Assembly (NCBI GenBank): GCA_010093705.1
Contig: MU006107.1
Span: 294,031-358,030 of the forward strand
Source: Patellaria atrata CBS 101060
Taxonomy: Eukaryota
Reading direction: 5' to 3'
DNA: 64,000 nt
Position 1 is the first letter of the stretch. Each line of letters opens with the position of its first letter. The notes beneath the pieces were generated by a model. The model was not told the DNA's origin, ran no database searches, and saw only the letters and a list, made by a program, of their open reading frames with translations. Below are positions 38,052 through 49,120 of this stretch, in pieces. The position numbers were made by a program, and so were the translations under genes.

Positions 38052-40067
38052 TTAGGTGTTGATCAAATCCTCCAAATAGTCATCCAGCTCGATGATGCGG
38101 AACTGTTCTCCCCACTGCTGGCGGAAGGCGGACTTGTTATAAGCAGCGCTAATATTATGACGCCAGCCCACAAGTTCGACCTTCCAGCCTTTCTTCAGTG
38201 CCCTTTCCACCATTCGCAAGAACCCTTGCGAGTACTCAGCCTCAGCTGCATCTCCCGTTGCAAGGACCATCGTCGTTGGTTTATCTACGTCGACAACACT
38301 CTCCAGGATCTTAAGGTGCAAAATCTCATCAACTCCTTGTTCGACCCATTTTGGAGGCGCGAGTTCCTTAGTACCAACAGCGCCCGTAATTTCAGAGCCG
38401 CTGTTACCACTATTCTCGTTCCCAGGGTATCTTCGCCTCGTTCCAGGGAAACTATTCTTGAAGAACTTTTGACGTTCAGTGAGCTCCCTAGCTTTGTAGA
38501 CCTTATCCAAAATATTAGTCTCGTAACCAACTACGGAAGCCATTTCAAAGGCAGGGAGAGAAGGTAATGATCCAGCCAGAACCCGTTTCGCCACAGGACG
38601 ACGACGTTCAACCAACAATACGAAAGCATCAAATGAAATATCTTGGAATTCTGTTCTATATTGAACAGGAATTCCTTGAGCGCGTTTAAGTGAATCATTG
38701 AATCCAATCCAGATATTGGAAAAATCTACAAAGACATGTATCCCTTGAGGGGAAGCCGCATGGTTGACCAGTTGAACAGGAGAAACTAGGGAAGCTAAAT
38801 CCTCACCAAAGTTGAAGATCAACTTTAAAAGGAGATGGTAATGACGATCGGCACCATTTCTTACAGTCAAAGGACCAAGTTTCGTTGGTGCTTTTCGTAC
38901 TGGGAGCCCTTGTGTGTGGACAGGGGCAGAAACATGTGAGGATAACGATGCTACCGGGTTAGGGACTGAGTTTTGTACCATTTTTTGCTTGGTTTGGCTT
39001 GGAGGCGGAACGTGGGACGGAGTCAAGCTAGTTGGTGGTTTATGTGTGTTTGATTCATGAGCTTGGCCATTTAGCTTCGCTGGTGTAGACGAGTTTATGC
39101 TCTTCGCAGGAGTGGACGACTTCATGTTCTTCGTCGGGGTACTAGGGGCACTCGGGGAATCAGCAACGACAGTAGATGTCTTCTTCTTCGAAGGTTTCTG
39201 CTGAATAAGCTTTGCAGAAACAGACTTTGGAGGAGAGGAAGCTTCAGTCTGTTGAGAAACCTTTTCCAAGTCCTTTTTAGGCCCATCGATAATCGTAGGT
39301 TTGGAGGCGTTCTTTTTGCCTTTAACAGTTGAGGTGGGAATTGCCGAGATAGACTTTGAACGAAGGTTATATCGATGCTGCGGTTCATCCTTGACTGATA
39401 CTACTTGCGGCAGAATTGAATGAGTACTGGCTTTGCGGGCTGGAGCATCGTGCTGTTTCTTCGATTCAGTTTCAGAATCAAAGTTGCGAACAAATTTGGC
39501 CTTTTCCTTCTCTAAGCGTGCCAGTCGCTTCTTTTCCTTCTTCCTTTGTCTCTTGCTAAGTGTTGTAGGTGTAGAGACCTCGAGGGACGGCAGTTCAGCT
39601 TTCGAATCTTCTTCCTTAGAGTCCGATTCTACTTCATTCTGCCACTTGACAGACTTGACCGTCATTGGGGGTATAGAATAAGTTGCTCCATCTGAAGCGT
39701 AGCCGCGCGCCTGATCGCCTTCAACGCTGTTCAAGTTTGGCTTGTCTGGAACTCGGTCTACTTCGGACGTAGTTGAATCATTTTTGACAGCAGAGGGTGA
39801 TAGTGGTGGCGGTACGATGGCCTCAACATTACCCAAGAAACCCCACACCCGCGCAAAATCACCCAGGCTCTTACTTTCTGCCTTATTTCCGATCGTTGTC
39901 TTGCCAAGCGCACTCTCTTCGTGATAGATCGTCCCATTCGTCTTAGAAGCTGGCGAGGGGGATGACAGAGTGTTTATAAGCGCGAGGGCGTCGGAAAAGT
40001 CCCATGCTTTCGAAGAACGCTTTGGAACCATAGATGGCCCCGAAGCTACGGCGTAGGCTGCAGTCAT
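38052..40067 (-). CDS. NYN/LabA-DUF88 (PIN-like) domain protein with a long disordered N-terminus
   Basis: 671-aa ORF; C-terminal HVFVDFSNI, EQGVDEIL, MVLATGD, GWKVELVGW and IIELDDY motifs of NYN-type PIN folds. Confidence 0.8.
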   Translation of the reverse strand: MTAAYAVASGPSMVPKRSSKAWDFSDALALINTLSSPSPASKTNGTIYHEESALGKTTIGNKAESKSLGDFARVWGFLGNVEAIVPPPLSPSAVKNDSTTSEVDRVPDKPNLNSVEGDQARGYASDGATYSIPPMTVKSVKWQNEVESDSKEEDSKAELPSLEVSTPTTLSKRQRKKEKKRLARLEKEKAKFVRNFDSETESKKQHDAPARKASTHSILPQVVSVKDEPQHRYNLRSKSISAIPTSTVKGKKNASKPTIIDGPKKDLEKVSQQTEASSPPKSVSAKLIQQKPSKKKTSTVVADSPSAPSTPTKNMKSSTPAKSINSSTPAKLNGQAHESNTHKPPTSLTPSHVPPPSQTKQKMVQNSVPNPVASLSSHVSAPVHTQGLPVRKAPTKLGPLTVRNGADRHYHLLLKLIFNFGEDLASLVSPVQLVNHAASPQGIHVFVDFSNIWIGFNDSLKRAQGIPVQYRTEFQDISFDAFVLLVERRRPVAKRVLAGSLPSLPAFEMASVVGYETNILDKVYKARELTERQKFFKNSFPGTRRRYPGNENSGNSGSEITGAVGTKELAPPKWVEQGVDEILHLKILESVVDVDKPTTMVLATGDAAEAEYSQGFLRMVERALKKGWKVELVGWRHNISAAYNKSAFRQQWGEQFRIIELDDYLEDLINT

Positions 40068-41213
40068 AAGATAGAAGATATGTGTTTTAGTCGCGCGTAT
40101 ATGTTAGAGGGTTGGATCTGACTCTTATTAATGATGGTTCGGCTTGAGGTTTGTTTCATCAATTTACTTACCAGATAGGCGAGACTTGTGTTTGCACTTA
40201 GAGTATTCCAGGTGAATAACCATGTTAATATTTGCGTGGAAATTGAACGAGATTGAAGTTTTCAATTTGTACGGAAGAAGAGACGGTGTAATGGAATAAG
40301 TACAACCTAAGTACCTTACCGTATGTTGTTGACTTCAGGTTGTGGTAAGCGGGGCGAAGTTTGACTGCGGCAGCTGAGTCATTGCAAACGCACATCTCAG
40401 CCACGGTTCTGGTCTTGGCGAACGAGCGGTTATGCCGACCCGTGCCGTAGAACCTAACCGTGCCGATCCGACTCCACATTTCAGAACTGCTCTCAAACGA
40501 ATTCTTGGTTCTACCTAAATGTATTGGCGATGGGCGATAATAACTGACTCTTCGTTTATTATCAGCTTCATTATCGCGGTGACGTTTATTAACACTGTGC
40601 CCCTTGCTCTACACTCACCGGCGACTTCTCGAACCTGAAGTATCGTTAACAGATTTGCGTACAGTCTGCAATAATGTTCACAGCCTACTTCATCCTGTAC
40701 AATTAGGTCAAATGACAACTTTTGACTCATAGTATAATAGGCCAGGAACTGTCGTCAAAGGTAGAGACATATATTTACCTAACATTCTGTACGGCACAGC
40801 TTAGAAGCTCAGGGGTCTCAAAGCTTCGTTATCACAACTTGAAGTTAGTAGGTTATGCTAAAGGGTGATATTATGTGATGAGTAGTAATGCATACTATAG
40901 GCTCAGTACCTATCATAATACTTGGAGATTCAAGGGCGTAGATCGGACCGTTGTGTATTAGGAGAGTCTATCAGGGTTTCCTTAGTTGGATGAATGAATG
41001 TCTGCTGGAAATACGTTAGTCTTGGATAGGAATGTGCTATATAAGTGTGCTGGACTGTCCTTAAGTGGTGAGGAGTCTTCCTGATGTTAGCATCGCATCC
41101 GTAATGAACGCAGAACCTCATCATGGATAACCGCCACCACCTCTACAGCCTCGACCAGCGTCTACACCTCCATCAACTCCATCCGCATATGCACCTCCAA
41201 CTTTCCTTTCGTG

Positions 41214-41679
41214 TTAGAAGGTCCTCGTTATCTTCCTCTTCGGTTCCACGGGTTGAGCATCAATATCAGGGACATCATGAATCCGGGTACGACTCTGTAT
41301 TCTGTAGTTAAATGTGACCCAAACAATCGCATGGACAATAGCAACAAGCCAGAGGAATAATATTGCAGCGATGTTAAAGGCAACATACACTGTTCTCGAT
41401 ACTCCATCTGTCCCTCTTCGCCGATAAGAGGGAGCAACGCGAAACACAACCGGCGGAAAAATAAGTGCTACGAGTATTAGGGCTAGGTACTGTACGTCAC
41501 TGATTGGTGTCTCTTGTAAGGTTTCCTCGTACCAGTTGTATCCAGATTGATAGATGGATGAGGCGAGTCTGGTCTCTGTTGTACGTCTCTGCTGACGCTT
41601 TGCTCATAAGAAGAGGGTTTGGATTGACTAGAGGAGCATGTTCTGTGGTTTTCATGGGTGAATCTGGTGGCGCGGACAT
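41214..41679 (-). CDS. Small membrane protein, Pmp3/UPF0057 proteolipid-like
   Basis: Exons 41679-41533 and 41489-41214 (43-nt intron GTACGA...TACAG) give 140 aa containing LALILVALIFPPVV...FNIAAILFLWLVAIVHAIVWV, which matches the Pmp3 'FPP...NI...I.HA.W' pattern. Confidence 0.55.
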
Positions 41680-42545
41680 TAGGCTCAACTGAGGTTCTCA
41701 TATTAGAATGTGTTTTGGGCCGAAGAGGGAGAATACTAATGCACTATTTCCTTAGTGAGAGTTGATCTCGCGTGGTCGACCGGATTTCGAGAGTTGAGGT
41801 CCACTTATACTTGTTATGTGCAAGTATACTCCGGTGTGGTAATACTGTACACTTCTTCTACCCGCAGGTTCTACAGGACCGAGCAATGATTCTGCATGGA
41901 GAGAACAACAAGAGTATAGCTCCTAGTGACATGCCTTGGGGAAAGGCGGAATCCCCGTGGTTTCTCGAGTATATGGCCTTGTAATCCTAGGCTTCTTACT
42001 TAATGGGACGACAAGAATGAGTGTGTTGAGTCACGTCTCCCAACGGCAACCTGGGGGGAGTAACTAAAGTAATCTTAGCAATGTGTATATGCATCCGATA
42101 ATAGTTACATACCCTTCGGATCTACCTCGTATGAAAGGTGGGAAACTCGGGATCTGGAGAAGTATGTGATTTAGAACGAAAAGATATAGATCGTGAATGA
42201 TGGGTCTTTACTGGGAGTACGGAAAAGTGTGATTTTGATGGATTGTAGAACGGGGAGGGGATACAAGTTGGTTTAATCGGACCTTCCTAGGAGAATGAAT
42301 GGAACAACTCGTCTAAGACCACGCTCTCCTTTGATTGCTTTCTCAGCACAAGGTAACTACCATTAGTCCTGTTGCCTCATTTTAGAATTTGATCGCTGAT
42401 TAAGGATCAACAGATACCTTATTGACCATAGGCCTTAATGGAGACCATCACTTTGGAGACTTTGAAAAGCAAGGCGGGGAAATATTCATTTCCGCCATTG
42501 GATAAGTCCGTGAAGCACAGCAAAACATTAATATGATTTGAACGT

Positions 42546-43681
42546 CTAATCAAACATCTTCGAAAATGCCTTATGTGCCAATTCCACCCCTAAGAAGGTC
42601 GCAGCATTAGCGGGCACCGCTCTTGCAAGAGCTGGGCCAAATCCAGGGAAGAACGCTTTGATACCACCCTTTCCGTAGACTTCCCTTACCACACCACCTA
42701 TCGTAGGTCTGCCTTCAGCACTTTGTAACCTGCTCTTAACGCTATCTATGGGGAAAACTGGTATCCACATAGCAACACCAGCTGCACCTCCTGCCACCAT
42801 TACAGCGGATAAGCTCAATTCACCTGGAGACCCATCCTCTTTCTTAGGAGTCAGTCGTCTCTTGATCACTTCGTATGTCGCGAAGTATGCTGCTGATCCC
42901 GGACCGTCTCTTGCGAGGGTCATTGCGCTTCCTCTGAATACGCTCCTAATGCCTCCCTCCTTGTATAGCTGTCTGACTACGTCTATACCCCCGCTATACT
43001 TGGGTTTCTCGCCCGGTTTCAGCTCCTTCTGACCCTGGATCTGTAGGAGTACCTTGACGCGTTCGAAGGGAGCGGTGATTGCAGTCATCGGGATTGCGGA
43101 GAAGAAGCCGGCTGCTGATACTTGCGCGACACTGTATTGGTTTTTTTCTACTGTTGAGAAGGTTTTGACGAGGTTCTTGCCCATGTCGTAGCCCTGTAGC
43201 TTGTCAATGGATAGTCTACTATCTTATTACTGATTGTTACTGATTGTTACATACCCAGAAACTCACGGCGACTGTTTAGATGTTAGCTAGGATCCACATT
43301 GGAGCTGTTGGGAGCTATCACTTACACATGGGAGTTACTCCCACCAACGGTGCCGATACGCCAGCATAGAGACCCTAAGAAGCTTTAACATGGCATCCCA
43401 AGCTACAGCACAATAGTACATACTCTTCTTAAACCTTCTCTTGCTATTGTTTTTCTCACCACATCAATTGCGCCTGAATAAACCCCTTTCTCCGCAGTCT
43501 GCATTCGGACCTTGACCAGATCGAAAGGATGTCCCACAATAACAGCACACACACCACCTACACCGCCGGCAGCCAGCGCCCTCAAGCTGTGGAGCGAGCT
43601 CTTGGTAGCTTCCACCACATCTTCCTTCACTTCTTGCGCCGAGGGGAGCTCGACTTTGGGCACTGACGGTGCTTCAGGCAT
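42546..43681 (-). CDS. CRC1: Mitochondrial carnitine/acylcarnitine carrier
   Basis: Four exons, including a 17-nt microexon at 43271-43255. Three carrier repeats (GHPFDLVKVR, APFERVKVLLQ, FPIDSVKSRLQ), GLYAGVSAPLVGVTPMFAVSFWGY, ARDGPGSAAYF, RAVPANAATF. Confidence 0.93.
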
Positions 43682-43927
43682 TATGGCGGGGGTTACTGAC
43701 AATGAGGGGTAGGAATCAACCGGAACAATCAGTATAGATTCCAGAGAGGAGAGTAAAGCTAGAGGCAGGTATCCAAAAGAAAGATGCTATCTAAATATTG
43801 TCATCTGGAGTAATGGCATTATTGGCAAAGAGCCGCTGATGTAGCGTAGTCTAGGCATGTTGATGTTTAGCTCTGCCGATTTGTCCTCGGTTCAAAGGGC
43901 AAAAGCTCTCCTAAAACTCCCAAGCAC

Positions 43928-44491
43928 TTGGGCAGCCGAACAGCCATGACAGCGCACTTCCTTTCCTCAAACCACGATTCTCCTCATATTTTCTTTTGCC
44001 GATTGTGCGAAAAGATGAACTCAAAATTCGGCCAGAACTCTTTGTCTGCGAAACCGGACTGTGATAGAAGGCATAAGAGCCTCAATCCTCCGCTCACCCT
44101 GTCTTGTGCTTTCGGACGGTTTTGGCATCAAAGAGAGCTAGAAAAGCATGTTTCGAAACAACTGCCAAAATACACCAACAGCAGAACAGCTATCCCATTT
44201 CACATGCATCAAACAAAATACCATTATGATGCTTCGAATTGGTATCTAGATTGCACCATACACACAACAGACCTATCCAATGTCTCCGACCCGCTGGATC
44301 TACGCCAATCCTCCAACAAAAGTCCCACCAAGTCCAGAGCCTACAATGAGATCGAAAAATTGGCGATCTCGCATGCATCCCCATTCCTAGAGGATCATGA
44401 GGCTCTCACGGCTTCAAAAATAGCTCCCCTTACAGGAAACAATCGTAAGGTGGCTACTGAACGATCCCGGTTCGAATATGACCCTGCTTAA
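43928..44491 (+). other. Possible degenerate multi-C2H2 zinc-finger gene or relic
   Basis: ORF contains three partial finger-like segments: SRTAMTAHFLSSNH..FFCRLC; RFWHQRELEKH; SRTAIPFHMHQTKYH...WYLDC. Ligand sets are incomplete. Confidence 0.3.
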
Positions 44492-46877
44492 TGCACCGAT
44501 GTAGGGTGAATCCGACGCTGTGGAGAGTATTCTATTTCTCTCCTTTTGAATTTACGTCTATTTGCTAGTTGGAGTAATTCCCAGCGACTCCTGTAAGGCT
44601 GAAGCTCGTACAGTAAGAATTACCGGCTTTCCTGTTATGGCTCTATTAATTAGTACTGTCGGGTGTTTTCGACCCCAGACGTTGTATTGTGTATTTGTAT
44701 CACCTCCCCACAACGATCCTAGTTCCGCCCTCTTTCGCCAGTGGAAAATGCTTATACCGATTGTTTACTCAGCTTCCGGTGAAGAACTTTTTCCCGTGTC
44801 TTCTAGTTCATGTTATCCATTTCTGTCGTTTCGTTACTGCTGTGCCGTATTCCCCCGTCATGCCCCTGTCTCCCGGCCTGAGACATCTCTGCTTCTCCCC
44901 AAATCGTCTTGTATTCATTTTCATCCATTCTCCAAGTTGACTCATAGACTCAACAACGAGCAGGTCACCAAGAATAGGCACATCCCCTCTATACTCCCTC
45001 TTGATGATCATGGACACCTCGCCTTAGGATACAGTAACGCGATGATAATGGCCCCTTCACATATCCCTCCCCTTGTCCATCTCGCATATTCTCGCATGCA
45101 AGTCACTATTTCCCAATCGCCCTCCGTTTCCTATCCTGATCCCACCTCCATAACGAATCTTCAGCGATCAGTTTCCCCCTCCATGCCTACCCCTTTCCCC
45201 ACCACAGATGTATCAGGGGAGATGAAAAGCAGCGGGCAAGTTATGAAAGCGGAGGTATTCCCTTTTATTGACTGAGATCAAGCGGTCTGGGCGCAGGTAT
45301 CAATGAAATACCCTTCAATCACGGCACTCCCAAATCGTTGTACAGTTCCATAGCCCAGACCTCCCGCCGAACTCTACAAAGCCCAGAATCTCACAGTCAG
45401 AATTGCCCGAACATTACAGCACAGGAAAGTGTCGTCTATTCGTCACTATCCGTAATACTAAGCAGCTTTACCATCACCATACATATGAAGGAAAGTACCA
45501 TATTCCCAAATTTACCAAGTCCACAACCCTCTGTACAGGCATGTCGGAACTCTACTCAGACTCAAGCGTACAGGGGGTACCAGTTCTCTGAAAGCGGAAG
45601 GGTACGCACAAGGGATGGAAACAGACACGGGTGAGATATTCGCCGAATGCGATGGTACGCGGCATCCCCGAAATAGAAAAACCGTTCAGATAGATCTTCC
45701 CGTAGCTAGTAGATTTTCTCAGATCTTCAAATTAGCTTAATGTTCATACTCACGATTTTGCACCAAAGTCAGGGAGCAAGTTCATGTAATGTTGACGTTT
45801 TGGCTGATTGCTATGTACAAATTGTCCGCATCCTCGTTGTGATCGTAAGAGAGAAAACATAAATTTCTTCACTTCCCTCGTGAAGGAAAAAGTCCGAGGC
45901 GCCTTTCCCGTAGACCCATAACTAGGAAATGTCGAGTAAATCGGTACTCCAAAGCGCGCTCATTTCTTAACCCAAGACAGAAACGCAGAATTTAGCCGCC
46001 GTCGTAGATGCGAAAACATCAAGATCCAACGCCGTATACAATGCTTTGCGGCCTTCTAACCTCCAGAAACGATATTTATATAATTGGAAACGAGAGACGA
46101 TTCCTGGCGTGGAATGTGTATATTGCAAAATTGAAGACGAGTGGGATTTGAGAGGAAATAGTATATCGAAAATGAGACGCGATGATATAAACAGGGAAGC
46201 GAATGTGGGCATATTGATACAACTAGCGAGCGGAATCGATGTCGGTGAGGACGGGGATATCCTTGTAGAAAGTTGGATACATGAAGAGAATAACGTAACG
46301 GAAGGAAAGGAAAGTGGGCGTGGACACGTTGAAATCGTAAATGAGCGTTGGAGACTGTGAGTCGTAGACTAGACACATGAAGTCGTTGGTGATGATTATG
46401 AAAGAACGTGGGGTATCCTGATGAGGACATGTATGTACAGAATATAGTGAGTGTGGAGGCCCTGACGAGGACTGGTATACGTGAAGACGATAAAGGGCGT
46501 GAGTCTCCGAAGACGGAGTGGTGGATGATCGTAGAGAAAAGCCGTAAAGTTCCCGTAACTAGCATAAACGAGCGTATAGAATCGTAAGACATTATCTCAT
46601 GAGGTTATCGTGAGACGTAGCGACTGGCATGACGGTCGTAAAGGATACCGTAATGATTGAAAGGAACGTGGCCCCCGGGAGAGGGGGGCACAAAAGAGTG
46701 TACAGAAAAGTTGATTCTGAAGAATGGAATGAGCGTATTCGATTGCAGAAAGCGATCGCATCCTGAAGAGGATTGGTGATATAAATGGCTCCCGGGGATG
46801 AATAAGGGAAAAGATATAGAGCAGAGCAAAAATAGTAATATGGACCCAGAATTTGGCCACATAAGACGGCCGGGGTC

Positions 46878-49120
46878 CTAATGCGACACACCATCCGACT
46901 TCTGTGCACAAGCGATGGTCAGCAGAGAACCTGTTTGAAGACCTTCGAATTCGGTCCTGATTGATTTGTTGTTCCAGAACCAATGTTTGCTTTCTTGTGG
47001 AGTGAGACATTGGCTGTAGAGGTCCTGGTAGAAATGCCTTCCAAGGTACACCATCAGACGTCGAGCATCGGGATCCTCAAAGGTTGTTTGCATTGTCTGC
47101 CTATTTTGGAAGTTGACATTTGGTCTTGAAGCGGAAAGTGGTAAAGAGACAGGCAAAGCAATCTTTGCTCTCCGGAGGTTTGTGAGACCGACATCTTCCA
47201 TGGTCTTGAGGACATCTTCCGACGGTCGTGTTGAGAAACCACTCTCATCTAGTCTTCTTTCTATATGGGTATTGACCCACTCGGCTAATGTAGGACCTTG
47301 ACGAGCGAAATGCGGATCCAGAGTTGAGATTTCCATCCATCCGCCTGGTTTAAGAATTCGCATACAGTCCTGGAAGACGCTTGTCCATTGATCATTGTGC
47401 ACCAGTTTGGGAAGAGTTTTGGAAACAACAAAATCGAAATAATTGTCAGCAAATGGTATGGTGAAAGATGCTGTGGGTAAATAGAGACAGTGATGATTAG
47501 GAGGTGAAGGCCAATCAGTTGGTGGGCTCGTCGTATTTGAAGAAGAAACAGTATATATGGTAGCTCGAGGATACCGAGCAGCGAGAAACCATCCATCGGC
47601 TATATATATTTTAGTAAGAGGGTCTGATAAAAGAACTGGTTTAGATCATACCTTGTGAGCCGTGAAGGTGCAGCACTCGTCCTGCCGTCCGACCTTCCGT
47701 TAAGATTTCATGAAGTGGACTTTGAAGTTGCTTCCCATTCGTAAACCATTGATATGCAGTCAGAGCCCATAGTCTTTTCTCGAATTGGATCTCCTGAAAA
47801 CTCTGCTCATCATGAAGGTCATCCCATTCTTCACTCAACCTTCGACAAGTAATTTTGTTCCCAGCGTGTTGCATTTTATATAGTGCACGCTCGAAAGGAC
47901 TTTGATGAGATGATTCCGACCCGAGCCTACTCGGTGTACGACTATGCATTGGCCTGCTACTCGGAGGAGAATTCTGAGTGGATCGGCTGTCCGGACGGTT
48001 GAAGGCTGTTTTTAGGGGTGGTGGACTGTTTGTTAATCTCTTTGGGGGTGGACTATTAGAACGTGTCCGAGGTTCAGGTGTGTACATTCCTTTAGGTTCT
48101 GGAGGAGTATACATCATCTTGATTTCTGGAGGAGTGCTTGCCATCCGAAAGTCCTGGGGGCTATTTGTTATTCCATTTGTCATTTTGACCTCAGGAGTAG
48201 TGTTGATGGATTTGAGTAGTGGAGGAGTTGTACTCATTTTGCGATCTGGGGTATTCGTCGTTCTACTGGGTGGACGACTGTATGTTGTAGGTGGAAGTAT
48301 CATTAAATCGTTGTCTCCTATTGCTGGAGCTGGGTTGAGCGAAGCAACTATTGGTGGATTAGTTGGGGCAGGAGACGACGGAAGGCCTGGTGTTAATATG
48401 GAAATCCCGTTATTTGAGTCAACGCTCTTTTGATATTGATGACCAGGCTGTGGAATTGGTGGAGGGGTTGCTGAAAGTACACTGAGCCCCCGTAGATGTC
48501 CGAACGATTTCTTCGGTTGGAGAGGTTGAATCTTGAAGGGGTATTCAAGCTTATCTATATGAAATTAGAAGATCATCAGATGAAGAAGACAATATCTACT
48601 AACCACCTTCATCTTGAACATCAGGTAATGCGGGAAGACGCTTGTGAGGAGGAGTGACTGGCGGAGTAAGCTGTCCTTGGGCCATCTCACTTCTAGCTGA
48701 GAGAGGAACTGGAGGCTGATCCTTATCGATCATAATATGTAGGTGCCCTTCCTTCTCTGCCGTTAGGATCTCTACCGAAGGTTTGATCTCAACTTGCTCT
48801 TCCGGAGAGCGTGTCAATCGAGATGGTATCTCGATGACATCTTTTGAGCGAGGCTTGAAAAACATGAATGTGGAATTTTTCTTCGTCTTTGATCTTCTTC
48901 TTGCAACCGACTGTCTCGAGGAAAAAGCAGAGTGTGTAATGTTTGCTGGAATCACAATGGGTACGTAGCTGTCACGACTGCTTGAGAAGGTGCCGTTGAT
49001 AGGGGACTTGACAGGGACACCACTTGCTCGACCCTTTCGAACCCGCCTGGCTCCCACAGTATCAGTTTGCTTGGAGGAGCTGAACTCAAAGCCTGGAAAC
49101 ATGCTGGAGAGAACTGGCAT
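46878..49120 (-). CDS. Protein with a long disordered N-terminus and a C-terminal class I methyltransferase-like domain
   Basis: Exons 49120-48604, 48554-47652 and 47599-46878 splice in frame; IPFADNYFDFVV...CMRILKPGGWMEI motifs; motif I is degenerate (RVLHLHG). Confidence 0.8.

Noticed and set aside
44562..45275. 237-aa ORF
   Set aside because: TTG start, no recognisable motif or coding-like composition; probably a chance ORF.
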